Assembly: GCA_000146045.2 (NCBI GenBank)
Contig: BK006949.2
Coordinates: 884,067-948,066, forward strand
Reading direction: 5' to 3'
Length of the DNA stretch: 64,000 nt
Source of the DNA: TPA_inf: Saccharomyces
Lineage: Eukaryota
Shown here piece after piece: positions 55,213 to 64,000 of the stretch. Every line of letters begins with the position of its first letter. Position 1 is the stretch's first letter. The position numbers were made by a program, and so were the translations under genes. The notes under the pieces are model-generated. The model was not told where the DNA came from and made no database searches. It saw nothing but the letters and a program-made list of their open reading frames with translations.

Positions 55213-55605
55213 TCAACCACTAACAATCAATTTAAGGTTACTCTCTCTACAATGGGTCTCCCAAGCGTAAAAACCTCCAACGAGGATGCAACTCTCAAAC
55301 TTACTTGTAATATCTTCTTCTTGTAAGTAGGTTTCGAATTTAGCAGCTACTTTTGGTCCCCTATTCTTGGACCCAGTACAATGAAATATCACTTTGACGA
55401 ATTGAGAACTTGAGAAAGTATCGGATAAACCTTTAATTAATTGATTCAGTTGCTTCTCTGTAATCTGTGCTGTTACTGGAACATGCCAAGCGTTTGTAAT
55501 ATGATCACGTGCAAAATCTTCTCTTCGAAGATCAACAACTTGAAAATCCTTCCTCTGATTTTCAATTAGGCCCTTGAGTTGCCTAGACGTTATGAAACTT
55601 ACCAT
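55213..55605 (-). CDS. ARR2: ARR2 (YPR200C), arsenate reductase of the Cdc25/rhodanese fold, 130 aa
   Basis: 130 aa. Active-site HC(X)5R loop HCTGSKNRGP. Confidence 0.9.
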   Translation of the reverse strand: MVSFITSRQLKGLIENQRKDFQVVDLRREDFARDHITNAWHVPVTAQITEKQLNQLIKGLSDTFSSSQFVKVIFHCTGSKNRGPKVAAKFETYLQEEDITSKFESCILVGGFYAWETHCRESNLKLIVSG

Positions 55606-55682
55606 TACGCTTGCTGGATTGTCAAGTTTTCCTCAATATTAGTTTGTTATACATTAGTTTTTATACCGACTTTTCAAAAGTG

Positions 55683-55697
55683 TTGATTTAAAATCAA
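55683..55697. promoter_or_regulatory. Second perfect palindrome TTGATTTAAAATCAA (7-1-7) sharing the TGATT/AATCA half-sites, 31 bp from the Yap8 element
   Basis: Directly visible. Its function is inferred only from half-site similarity and location. Confidence 0.35.
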
Positions 55698-55727
55698 ATT
55701 TTGAATGCTCTTAATTATCTTTTTGTT

Positions 55728-55740
55728 TGATTAATAATCA
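55728..55740. promoter_or_regulatory. Yap8 response element TGATTAATAATCA (6-1-6 palindrome) in the ARR2-ARR3 divergent promoter
   Basis: Exact match to the published 13-bp Yap8/Arr1 binding site (established knowledge). It lies between ARR2 (minus strand) and ARR3 (plus strand). Confidence 0.8.
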
Positions 55741-55855
55741 ACTTTAGCGGCAACGCTCCTTACATAATTATAATGTAAACGGAAAAGAATATAAATGAAT
55801 GCTCTCGTTGTAATTCAAGAGAACCCAACCAACAAATCATCAGGTTAGTAGAATA

Positions 55856-57070
55856 ATGTCAGAAGATCAAAAAAGTGAAAATTCGGTACCTTCTAAGGTT
55901 AATATGGTGAATCGCACCGATATACTGACTACGATCAAGTCATTGTCATGGCTTGACTTGATGTTGCCATTTACTATAATTCTCTCCATAATCATTGCAG
56001 TAATAATTTCTGTCTATGTGCCTTCTTCCCGTCACACTTTTGACGCTGAAGGTCATCCCAATCTAATGGGAGTGTCCATTCCTTTGACTGTTGGTATGAT
56101 TGTAATGATGATTCCCCCGATCTGCAAAGTTTCCTGGGAGTCTATTCACAAGTACTTCTACAGGAGCTATATAAGGAAGCAACTAGCCCTCTCGTTATTT
56201 TTGAATTGGGTCATCGGTCCTTTGTTGATGACAGCATTGGCGTGGATGGCGCTATTCGATTATAAGGAATACCGTCAAGGCATTATTATGATCGGAGTAG
56301 CTAGATGCATTGCCATGGTGCTAATTTGGAATCAGATTGCTGGAGGAGACAATGATCTCTGCGTCGTGCTTGTTATTACAAACTCGCTTTTACAGATGGT
56401 ATTATATGCACCATTGCAGATATTTTACTGTTATGTTATTTCTCATGACCACCTGAATACTTCAAATAGGGTATTATTCGAAGAGGTTGCAAAGTCTGTC
56501 GGAGTTTTTCTCGGCATACCACTGGGAATTGGCATTATCATACGTTTGGGAAGTCTTACCATAGCTGGTAAAAGTAATTATGAAAAATACATTTTGAGAT
56601 TTATTTCTCCATGGGCAATGATCGGATTTCATTACACTTTATTTGTTATTTTTATTAGTAGAGGTTATCAATTTATCCACGAAATTGGTTCTGCAATATT
56701 GTGCTTTGTCCCATTGGTGCTTTACTTCTTTATTGCATGGTTTTTGACCTTCGCATTAATGAGGTACTTATCAATATCTAGGAGTGATACACAAAGAGAA
56801 TGTAGCTGTGACCAAGAACTACTTTTAAAGAGGGTCTGGGGAAGAAAGTCTTGTGAAGCTAGCTTTTCTATTACGATGACGCAATGTTTCACTATGGCTT
56901 CAAATAATTTTGAACTATCCCTGGCAATTGCTATTTCCTTATATGGTAACAATAGCAAGCAAGCAATAGCTGCAACATTTGGGCCGTTGCTAGAAGTTCC
57001 AATTTTATTGATTTTGGCAATAGTCGCGAGGATCCTTAAACCATATTATATATGGAACAATAGAAATTAA
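55856..57070 (+). CDS. ARR3: ARR3 / ACR3 (YPR201W), plasma-membrane arsenite efflux transporter (ACR3 family), 404 aa
   Basis: 404-aa polytopic membrane protein, N-terminus [35 protein letters not shown]3-family conserved Cys-containing TM region (…[20 protein letters not shown]…). Confidence 0.9.
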
Positions 57071-58357
57071 TTGTTGACTCACCAAAAAATTACTTGGGCA
57101 CCAATGAATAATACCACTTATAACTCTATATTAATCCAAGTTCACCCTAAAAACAGATAAAATTGACAATTTTTTTTGAAGGACAACTGATTGATCTTAG
57201 TGATGGTTAGGATGAAAAAATGGGTTTGTTCACGCCATCCCGCATCATTCAAAAACTCCGCACAGTTTTGGAGTTCAGTAAGAAGGGGACGTAATCTTAC
57301 TATTGCATTTTTGAAAGTCTAATGAACTCAAGTGGCAAACTGTGTTACGTACATCACTTCTAAATACAATGTCTTTGAATTAGAAACTCGCTGAAAAATT
57401 ATTATTGCGTATTGTATGTCATTTTTGAGATTTTCCTGCAAGATTAGTAATGCTTTAAACCCAAGTATTGTAAGCCCGATGGAATAGCACATGGTGATGG
57501 TACAACAATGGCTTCATAGATCATTCGCATAAAAATGGAATTCGTGCATCTAGTGTCTAATTAAAATTAACGTAACGAAATAGGACAAGATAAGCTTATG
57601 TCGTAGTACCCGCATAAGTACGTGTAGCTGCCATTTTATAATGCATGAAGTTGAAGTCATTAGGATGAAGAGGTGACATATAATGTTTCAAAATGGTGCC
57701 AGTATAAGTTTGGGATATCATGGAGCGGCATTCGTTTTAGTAAATGACTGTATTGTATAGTACTGTCTGTATGATTATCAGTTGAGTTGGTGAGATGAAG
57801 TAAAGATATTATAGCATCTGCGTTAATGTGTATTGCTATTATAGTATAGCATAGTGGTGTTATATAGTGGCACCGGGAATGAGTATAGGGAGTAAGAAGA
57901 TCTTGTAGTTGCGTTTGAATAGCGACATGAGGACACGTCTTATGTCGCCATTATTAGGCTGAAATTGCAAGCATAAACTATTCGATATCAAAGATACCAC
58001 AAGACCATGTATGCATAATTATAGAATACCAAGGTGGGGAGAGATTAAAAACGCACCATAGCAGCTGCGCGAGTATATTCTGCTATTAAATTGGAATTCA
58101 CTGAAAGGTGATGAGAATGCAAATAGCTATGATACCTTATAGTGGTTAATTTGTATGAAAACGTTATAAAGCATGAAGTTGAGAGTATTGATATGATAAT
58201 GGAGGTTCTGTGATCAATTTTAGAAAATTAAAATGTGGATGATCATGAATGTTATGGGTAAATGGCACAAGTAATAGACAATTTAATGAATAGGGTGTTA
58301 TGTTTACGATATTTCAATTATGTTAATATTTAGTATGTTTATATCTTCTCATTAATG

Positions 58358-58368
58358 AATGGTTAATT
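58358..58368 (+). promoter_or_regulatory. ARS consensus sequence (TTTTATGTTTA, matching WTTTAYRTTTW) of the X core
   Basis: Exact 11/11 ACS match at the conserved X-core position. Confidence 0.7.
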
Positions 58369-58557
58369 TTTATGTTTAGGTGATTTTGGTGGTGATTTTG
58401 TGGTTATATTGACATAAGTGTGTATAAATTGAGTGGTTAGTATATGGTGCAGTTATACAATATTTGGAACCGCAAAATGAGATGTAGATATTAAAATGTG
58501 GATAATCATGGGCTTTATGGGTGAATGGCACAGGGTATAGACCGCTGAGGCAAGTGC

Positions 58558-58570
58558 CGTGCATAATGAT
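58558..58570 (+). promoter_or_regulatory. Abf1 binding site (CGTGCATAATGAT, matching CGTNNNNNRYGAY) of the X core
   Basis: Consensus match at the conserved X-core location (CCGTGCATAATGATGTGAG). Confidence 0.65.
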
Positions 58571-58965
58571 GTGAGTGCATCTAGTACTGATTTAGTGAGA
58601 ATGGGGCCATGGTGTGGAATATGAAAGTAGGGTAAGTTTGAGATGGTATATACTGTAGCATCCGTGTGCGTATGACATATCAGTAGAAGTGAAGGTGAGT
58701 GTGGCAAGTGGCGGTGGTGGTAGTGGTGGTATAGAGTGGTAGGCTCCTTTACTTCGAAGCGTGAGGTCGTATACCTAATAAGGAAATGTAATTTATAACT
58801 TTTTATTATATTGGTCTTTTCGAGAGCGGAAGAAGTTGTAGGCTAAGCGCAGGCTAAGCGTAGGTCCATGTTTAAAGTATCCAAGAGAATATCCACGAAG
58901 CGGCTGAGCAACGAACAGAATCCTGGTTCTCCTCGACTAAGCAGATAGTTAAGATACTGTGCACC

Positions 58966-59830
58966 ATGGAAATTGAAAACGAACGTACGTACCGACTACT
59001 TTATTTTTGCAGGCCGGAAATCAAGCGATGAATGAGACATCCTTCTGTTTTCTATGTTGTGCTTGAAGGGGACAGACAGTCGCTTATCTTAGTGAGATTG
59101 CTTACTAACTGAATTTACTTTGCTGCTGCTAGAGATTTGCACCTGCATAGCGCAGATTCTGCATCTTCTCAATAGCTTAATTATTACATTCTCAGATGAT
59201 GATAAGACGGAAACTGGACAATCTTTTGTTTATATTGATGGATTTCTTGTCAAAAAGCATAACAATCAACATACTATTGTTAATTTCGAAACTTACAAAA
59301 ATAAAATGAAAGTTTCCGATAGGCGTAAGTTTGAAAAAGCAAACTTTGACGAGTTTGAGTCGGCTCTAAATAACAAAAACGACTTGGTACATTGTCCCTC
59401 AATAACTTTATTTGAATCGATCCCCACGGAAGTGCGGTCATTCTACGAAGACGAAAAGTCTGGCCTAATCAAAGTGGTAAAATTCAGAACTGGTGCAATG
59501 GATAGGAAAAGGTCTTTTGAAAAAATTGTCATTTCCGTCATGGTCGGGAAAAATGTACAAAAGTTCCTGACATTTGTTGAAGACGAACCAGATTTCCAGG
59601 GCGGACCAATCCCTTCAAAGTATCTTATTCCCAAGAAAATCAACTTGATGGTCTACACGTTGTTTCAAGTGCATACTTTGAAATTCAATAGAAAGGATTA
59701 CGATACCCTTTCTCTTTTTTACCTCAACAGAGGATACTATAATGAGTTGAGTTTTCCGTGTCCTGGAACGTTGTCACGAAATAGCGAGTGCCAGGCCGAA
59801 CGACAGCTCTACGATGCGTACTTTCACTGA
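58966..59830 (+). CDS. YPR202W, N-terminal Y' ORF fragment (related to the N-terminus of YRF1 helicases), spliced: join(58966..58984, 59133..59830), 238 aa
   Basis: Exon 1 is atggaaattgaaaacgaac. The 5' splice site GTACGT is at 58985, the branch point TACTAAC at 59103-59109, and the 3' splice site AG ends at 59132. The spliced N-terminus [36 protein letters not shown] matches Y'-encoded proteins. It terminates after a +1 frame shift relative to full-length Y' ORFs. Confidence 0.75.
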
Positions 59831-60122
59831 CTTTGTTTCTGGCGCACCTATTGTAAGGAGTCTTCAGAAAAGCACCATAAGGAAATATGGGTACAATTTG
59901 GCACCCCACATGTTTTTGTTACTACACGTAGATGAGCTATCGATTTTTTCTGCATACCAAGCAAGTTTACCTGGCGAAAAGAAAGTCGACACAGAGCGGC
60001 TGAAGCGTGATCTATGCCCACGTAAACCCATTGAGATAAAGTACTTTTCACAGATATGTAACGATATGATGAACAAAAAGGACCGATTGGGTGATGTTTT
60101 GCATGTGTGCTGCCCAAGTTGA
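59814..60122 (+). CDS. YPR203W, 102-aa Y' ORF fragment (continuation of the Y' ORF in the next frame)
   Basis: [32 protein letters not shown]… continues Y' ORF1 sequence. It is in the same frame as the downstream helicase ORF but separated from it by stop codons at 60120, 60141 and 60162. Confidence 0.6.
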   Translation: MRTFTDFVSGAPIVRSLQKSTIRKYGYNLAPHMFLLLHVDELSIFSAYQASLPGEKKVDTERLKRDLCPRKPIEIKYFSQICNDMMNKKDRLGDVLHVCCPS

Positions 60123-60536
60123 GAAGAGATACTAACAAAATGACCGCGGCTCTCAAAAATAATTGACGAGCTTACGGTGATACGCTTACCGTTATCCAGA
60201 GCTACAGCGCAACGTATACGTCGACGATACAACAAGAACGGTTCATCGGAGCCTCGACTAAAGACGCTTGACGGACTCACTTCCGAGCGCTGGATTCAAT
60301 GGTTAGGCCTTGAAAGCGACTACCATTGTTCATTCTCTAGTACTCGGAATGCGGAAGACGTAGTGGCAGGTGAGGCGGCGAGTTCAGATCATCATCAAAA
60401 AATTTCAAGAGTAACGCGAAAAAGGCCCCGAGAGCCCAAGAGTACAAACGATATCCTCGTCGCAGGCCAGAAACTCTTTGGCAGCTCCTTTGAATTCAGG
60501 GACTTGCATCAGTTGCGCTTATGTCATGAAATATAC

Positions 60537-63500
60537 ATGGCAGACACACCCTCTGTGGCAGTACAGGCCCCACCGGGCTATGGTAAGACGGAGTTATTTC
60601 ATCTCCCCTTGATAGCACTGGCGTCTAAGGGCGACGTGAAATATGTGTCGTTTCTGTTTGTACCGTACACAGTGTTGCTTGCTAATTGCATGATCAGGTT
60701 GGGCCGATGCGGTTGCTTGAATGTGGCCCCTGTAAGAAACTTTATTGAAGAAGGTTGCGATGGCGTTACTGATTTATACGTGGGGATCTACGATGATCTT
60801 GCTAGCACTAATTTCACAGACAGGATAGCTGCGTGGGAGAATATTGTTGAGTGCACCTTTAGGACCAACAACGTAAAATTGGGTTACCTCATTGTAGATG
60901 AGTTTCACAACTTTGAAACGGAGGTCTACCGGCAGTCGCAATTTGGGGGCATAACTAACCTTGATTTTGACGCTTTTGAGAAAGCAATCTTTTTGAGCGG
61001 CACAGCACCTGAGGCTGTAGCTGATGCTGCGTTGCAGCGTATTGGGCTTACGGGACTGGCCAAGAAGTCGATGGACATCAACGAGCTCAAACGGTCGGAA
61101 GATCTCAGCAGAGGTCTATCCAGCTATCCAACACGGATGTTTAATCTAATCAAGGAGAAATCCGAGGTGCCTTTAGGGCATGTTCATAAAATTTGGAAGA
61201 AAGTGGAATCACAGCCCGAAGAAGCACTGAAGCTTCTTTTAGCCCTCTTTGAAATTGAACCAGAGTCGAAGGCCATTGTAGTTGCAAGCACAACCAACGA
61301 AGTGGAAGAATTGGCCTGCTCTTGGAGAAAGTATTTTAGGGTGGTATGGATACACGGGAAGCTGGGTGCTGCAGAAAAGGTGTCTCGCACAAAGGAGTTT
61401 GTCACTGACGGTAGCATGCGAGTTCTCATCGGAACGAAATTAGTGACTGAAGGAATTGACATTAAGCAATTGATGATGGTGATCATGCTTGATAATAGAC
61501 TTAATATTATTGAGCTCATTCAAGGCGTAGGGAGACTAAGAGATGGGGGCCTCTGTTATCTATTATCTAGAAAAAACAGTTGGGCGGCAAGGAATCGTAA
61601 GGGTGAATTACCACCGATTAAGGAAGGCTGTATAACCGAACAGGTACGCGAGTTCTATGGACTTGAATCAAAGAAAGGAAAAAAGGGCCAGCATGTTGGA
61701 TGCTGTGGCTCCAGGACAGACCTGTCTGCTGACACAGTGGAACTGATAGAAAGAATGGACAGATTGGCTGAAAAACAGGCGACAGCTTCCATGTCGATCG
61801 TTGCGTTACCGTCTAGCTTCCAGGAGAGCAATAGCAGTGACAGGTGCAGAAAGTATTGCAGCAGTGATGAGGACAGCAACACGTGCATTCATGGTAGTGC
61901 TAATGCCAGTACCAATGCGACTACCAACTCCAGCACTAATGCTACTACCACTGCCAGCACCAACGTCAGGACTAGTGCTACTACCACTGCCAGCATCAAC
62001 GTCAGGACTAGTGCGACTACCACTGAAAGTACCAACTCCAGCACTAATGCTACTACCACTGCCAGCACCAACGTCAGGACTAGTGCTACTACCACTGCCA
62101 GCATCAACGTCAGGACTAGTGCGACTACCACTGAAAGTACCAACTCCAACACTAGTGCTACTACCACCGAAAGTACCGACTCCAACACTAGTGCTACTAC
62201 CACTGAAAGTACCAACTCCAGCACTAATGCTACTACCACTGCCAGCATCAACGTCAGGACTAGTGCGACTACCACTGAAAGTACCAACTCCAACACTAAT
62301 GCTACTACCACTGAAAGTACCAACTCCAGCACTAATGCTACTACCACTGAAGGTACCAACTCCAACACTAGTGCTACTACCACTGCTAGCACCAACTCCA
62401 GCACTAATGCTACTACCACTGAAAGTACCAACGCTAGTGCCAAGGAGGACGCCAATAAAGATGGCAATGCTGAGGATAATAGATTCCATCCAGTCACCGA
62501 CATTAACAAAGAGTCGTATAAGCGGAAAGGGAGTCAAATGGTTTTGCTAGAGAGAAAGAAACTGAAAGCACAATTTCCCAATACTTCCGAGAATATGAAT
62601 GTCTTACAGTTTCTTGGATTTCGGTCTGACGAAATTAAACATCTTTTCCTCTATGGTATTGACGTATACTTCTGCCCAGAGGGAGTATTCACACAATACG
62701 GATTATGCAAGGGCTGTCAAAAGATGTTCGAGCTCTGTGTCTGTTGGGCTGGCCAGAAAGTATCGTATCGGAGGATGGCTTGGGAAGCACTAGCTGTGGA
62801 GAGAATGCTGCGAAATGACGAGGAATACAAAGAATACTTGGAAGACATCGAGCCATATCATGGGGACCCTGTAGGATATTTGAAATATTTTAGCGTAAAA
62901 AGGGGAGAGATCTACTCTCAGATACAGAGAAATTATGCTTGGTACCTGGCCATTACTAGAAGAAGAGAAACAATTAGTGTATTGGATTCGACAAGAGGCA
63001 AGCAAGGGAGCCAAGTTTTCCGCATGTCTGGAAGGCAGATCAAAGAGTTGTATTATAAAGTATGGAGCAACTTGCGTGAATCGAAGACAGAGGTGCTGCA
63101 GTACTTTTTGAACTGGGACGAAAAAAAGTGCCGGGAAGAATGGGAGGCAAAAGACGATACGGTCTTTGTGGAAGCGCTCGAGAAAGTTGGAGTTTTTCAG
63201 CGTTTGCGTTCCATGACGAGCGCTGGACTGCAGGGTCCGCAGTACGTCAAGCTGCAGTTTAGCAGGCATCATCGACAGTTGAGGAGCAGATATGAATTAA
63301 GTCTAGGAATGCACTTGCGAGATCAGCTTGCGCTGGGAGTTACCCCATCTAAAGTGCCGCATTGGACGGCATTCCTGTCGATGCTGATAGGGCTGTTCTG
63401 CAATAAAACATTTCGGCAGAAACTGGAATATCTTTTGGAGCAGATTTCGGAGGTGTGGTTGTTACCACATTGGCTTGATTTGGCAAACGTTGAAGTTCTC

Positions 63501-63635
63501 GCTGCAGATAACACGAGGGTACCGCTGTACATGCTGATGGTAGCGGTTCACAAAGAGCTGGATAGCGATGATGTTCCAGACGGTAGATTTGATATATTAT
63601 TATGTAGAGATTCGAGCAGAGAAGTTGGAGAGTGA
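60537..63635 (+). CDS. YPR204W, Y'-encoded SF2 DNA helicase (YRF1-like), 1032 aa from [21 protein letters not shown]; the reading frame is already open from 60177 (1152 codons)
   Basis: Helicase motif [12 protein letters not shown], motif [11 protein letters not shown] (DExH), motif VI-like QGVGRLRDG, and an S/T/N-rich repeat domain. The 120-codon upstream open extension probably reflects the ancestral fused Y' ORF. Confidence 0.85.
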   Translation: MADTPSVAVQAPPGYGKTELFHLPLIALASKGDVKYVSFLFVPYTVLLANCMIRLGRCGCLNVAPVRNFIEEGCDGVTDLYVGIYDDLASTNFTDRIAAWENIVECTFRTNNVKLGYLIVDEFHNFETEVYRQSQFGGITNLDFDAFEKAIFLSGTAPEAVADAALQRIGLTGLAKKSMDINELKRSEDLSRGLSSYPTRMFNLIKEKSEVPLGHVHKIWKKVESQPEEALKLLLALFEIEPESKAIVVASTTNEVEELACSWRKYFRVVWIHGKLGAAEKVSRTKEFVTDGSMRVLIGTKLVTEGIDIKQLMMVIMLDNRLNIIELIQGVGRLRDGGLCYLLSRKNSWAARNRKGELPPIKEGCITEQVREFYGLESKKGKKGQHVGCCGSRTDLSADTVELIERMDRLAEKQATASMSIVALPSSFQESNSSDRCRKYCSSDEDSNTCIHGSANASTNATTNSSTNATTTASTNVRTSATTTASINVRTSATTTESTNSSTNATTTASTNVRTSATTTASINVRTSATTTESTNSNTSATTTESTDSNTSATTTESTNSSTNATTTASINVRTSATTTESTNSNTNATTTESTNSSTNATTTEGTNSNTSATTTASTNSSTNATTTESTNASAKEDANKDGNAEDNRFHPVTDINKESYKRKGSQMVLLERKKLKAQFPNTSENMNVLQFLGFRSDEIKHLFLYGIDVYFCPEGVFTQYGLCKGCQKMFELCVCWAGQKVSYRRMAWEALAVERMLRNDEEYKEYLEDIEPYHGDPVGYLKYFSVKRGEIYSQIQRNYAWYLAITRRRETISVLDSTRGKQGSQVFRMSGRQIKELYYKVWSNLRESKTEVLQYFLNWDEKKCREEWEAKDDTVFVEALEKVGVFQRLRSMTSAGLQGPQYVKLQFSRHHRQLRSRYELSLGMHLRDQLALGVTPSKVPHWTAFLSMLIGLFCNKTFRQKLEYLLEQISEVWLLPHWLDLANVEVLAADNTRVPLYMLMVAVHKELDSDDVPDGRFDILLCRDSSREVGE
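61890..62450 (+). repeat. Array of ~15 imperfect 36-nt tandem repeats inside the Y' helicase ORF, encoding (T/S)-rich dodecapeptides ([12 protein letters not shown] / [12 protein letters not shown])
   Basis: Directly visible periodicity (…actagtgctactaccactgccagcaccaacgtcagg…). It generates the long artefactual antisense ORFs 61806..62537 and 61889..62509 in the ORF track. Confidence 0.9.
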
Positions 63636-64000
63636 AGGAAATTGTTGTTACGAAAGTCAGTGATTATGTATTGTGTAGTATAGTATATTGTAAGAAATTT
63701 TTTTTTCTAGGGAATATGCGTTTTGATGTAGTAGTATTTCACTGTTTTGATTTAGTGTTTGTTGCACGGCAGTAGCGAGAGACAAGTGGGAAAGAGTAGG
63801 ATAAAAAGACAATCTATAAAAAGTAAACATAAAATAAAGGTAGTAAGTAGCTTTTGGTTGAACATCCGGGTAAGAGACAACAGGGCTTGGAGGAGACGTA
63901 CATGAGGGCTATTTAGGGCTATTTAGGGCTATGTAGAAGTGTTGTAGGGCTAAAGAACAGGGTTTCATTTTCATTTTTTTTTTTTAATTTCGGTCAGAAA

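Larger units (their letters stand above)
58230..58740 (+). repeat. Subtelomeric X element core (centromere-to-telomere orientation); centromere-proximal boundary uncertain
   Basis: The 58355-58735 stretch aligns by eye with the X core of other chromosome ends as I remember them (…AATATTTTTATGTTTAGGTGATTTT…ATAAGTGTATATAAATGGAGTGG…AATATTTGG…CAAAATGTGGATAAT…ATGGGTAAATGGCACAGGGTATAGACCGCTGAGGCAAGTGCCGTGCATAATGATGTGAGTGCAT…GGTAAGTTTGAGATGGTATATACTGTAGCATCCGTGTGCGTA…GGTGGTGGTATAAAGTGGTAGG). Confidence 0.75.
58800..64000 (+). repeat. Y' subtelomeric element (short class, ~5.2 kb) running to the end of the window; proximal boundary approximate
   Basis: Carries the Y' ORF set: an intron-containing N-terminal ORF and an SF2 helicase ORF with a 36-nt repeat array. 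It ends with the characteristic distal Y' sequence …TTTTTTTTTTTAATTTCGGTCAGAAA. No TG1-3 tract is included. Confidence 0.85.

Noticed and set aside
60128-60134. TACTAAC branch-point-like heptamer between YPR203W and the helicase ORF, suggesting a second Y' intron
   Set aside because: No canonical GTATGT/GTACGT donor lies upstream in a position that would join the two frames productively. A heptamer alone occurs by chance.
61890-62450. Possible CRISPR-like array (regular ~36-nt repeats)
   Set aside because: The units are contiguous with no unique spacers and are translated in frame within a eukaryotic helicase gene. This is a coding minisatellite, not CRISPR.
61806-62537. Long minus-strand ORFs (243 and 206 aa) and a plus-strand 249-aa ORF overlapping the Y' helicase
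   Set aside because: They are translation artefacts of the 36-nt tandem repeat, which lacks stops in several frames. They have repetitive low-complexity sequence and no independent start context.

Overview
This window is the terminal ~64 kb of the right arm of Saccharomyces cerevisiae chromosome XVI, reference-like (S288C-type). I recognise it from its encoded proteins, not from any search. Gene order is YPR171W (BSP1, 5'-truncated by the window edge), YPR172W, VPS4, YPR174C, DPB2, BET2, PRP4, HDA3, AOS1, SEC23, SMX3, DPM1, GDB1, ATG13, PZF1, RPO26 (one intron), MLC2, SKI3, RPC82, QCR2, AQY1, HPA2, OPT2, YPR196W, SGE1, then the subtelomeric arsenic-resistance cluster ARR1-ARR2-ARR3. Distal to ARR3 come an X core element (ACS plus Abf1 site) and a Y' element. 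The Y' carries YPR202W (with intron), YPR203W and the YPR204W helicase with its 36-nt tandem repeat array. The window stops at the distal Y' end and contains no terminal TG1-3 tract.

The first ~43 kb is dense housekeeping DNA with short intergenic regions. The last ~20 kb is accessory and subtelomeric, with long ORF-free gaps, a degenerate Ty delta relic, orphan regulators and transporters, and telomere-associated repeats.

I found no prokaryote-style or cryptic novel system. The nearest thing to a 'system' is the known ARR module (bZIP sensor, reductase, efflux pump) with its Yap8 palindrome. I also see a second related palindrome in that promoter that I do not recall being described.

Many ORF-track entries carry spurious in-frame N-terminal extensions. 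I reassigned starts to the ATG matching the protein N-termini I recognise. All coordinates were derived by counting within this window.
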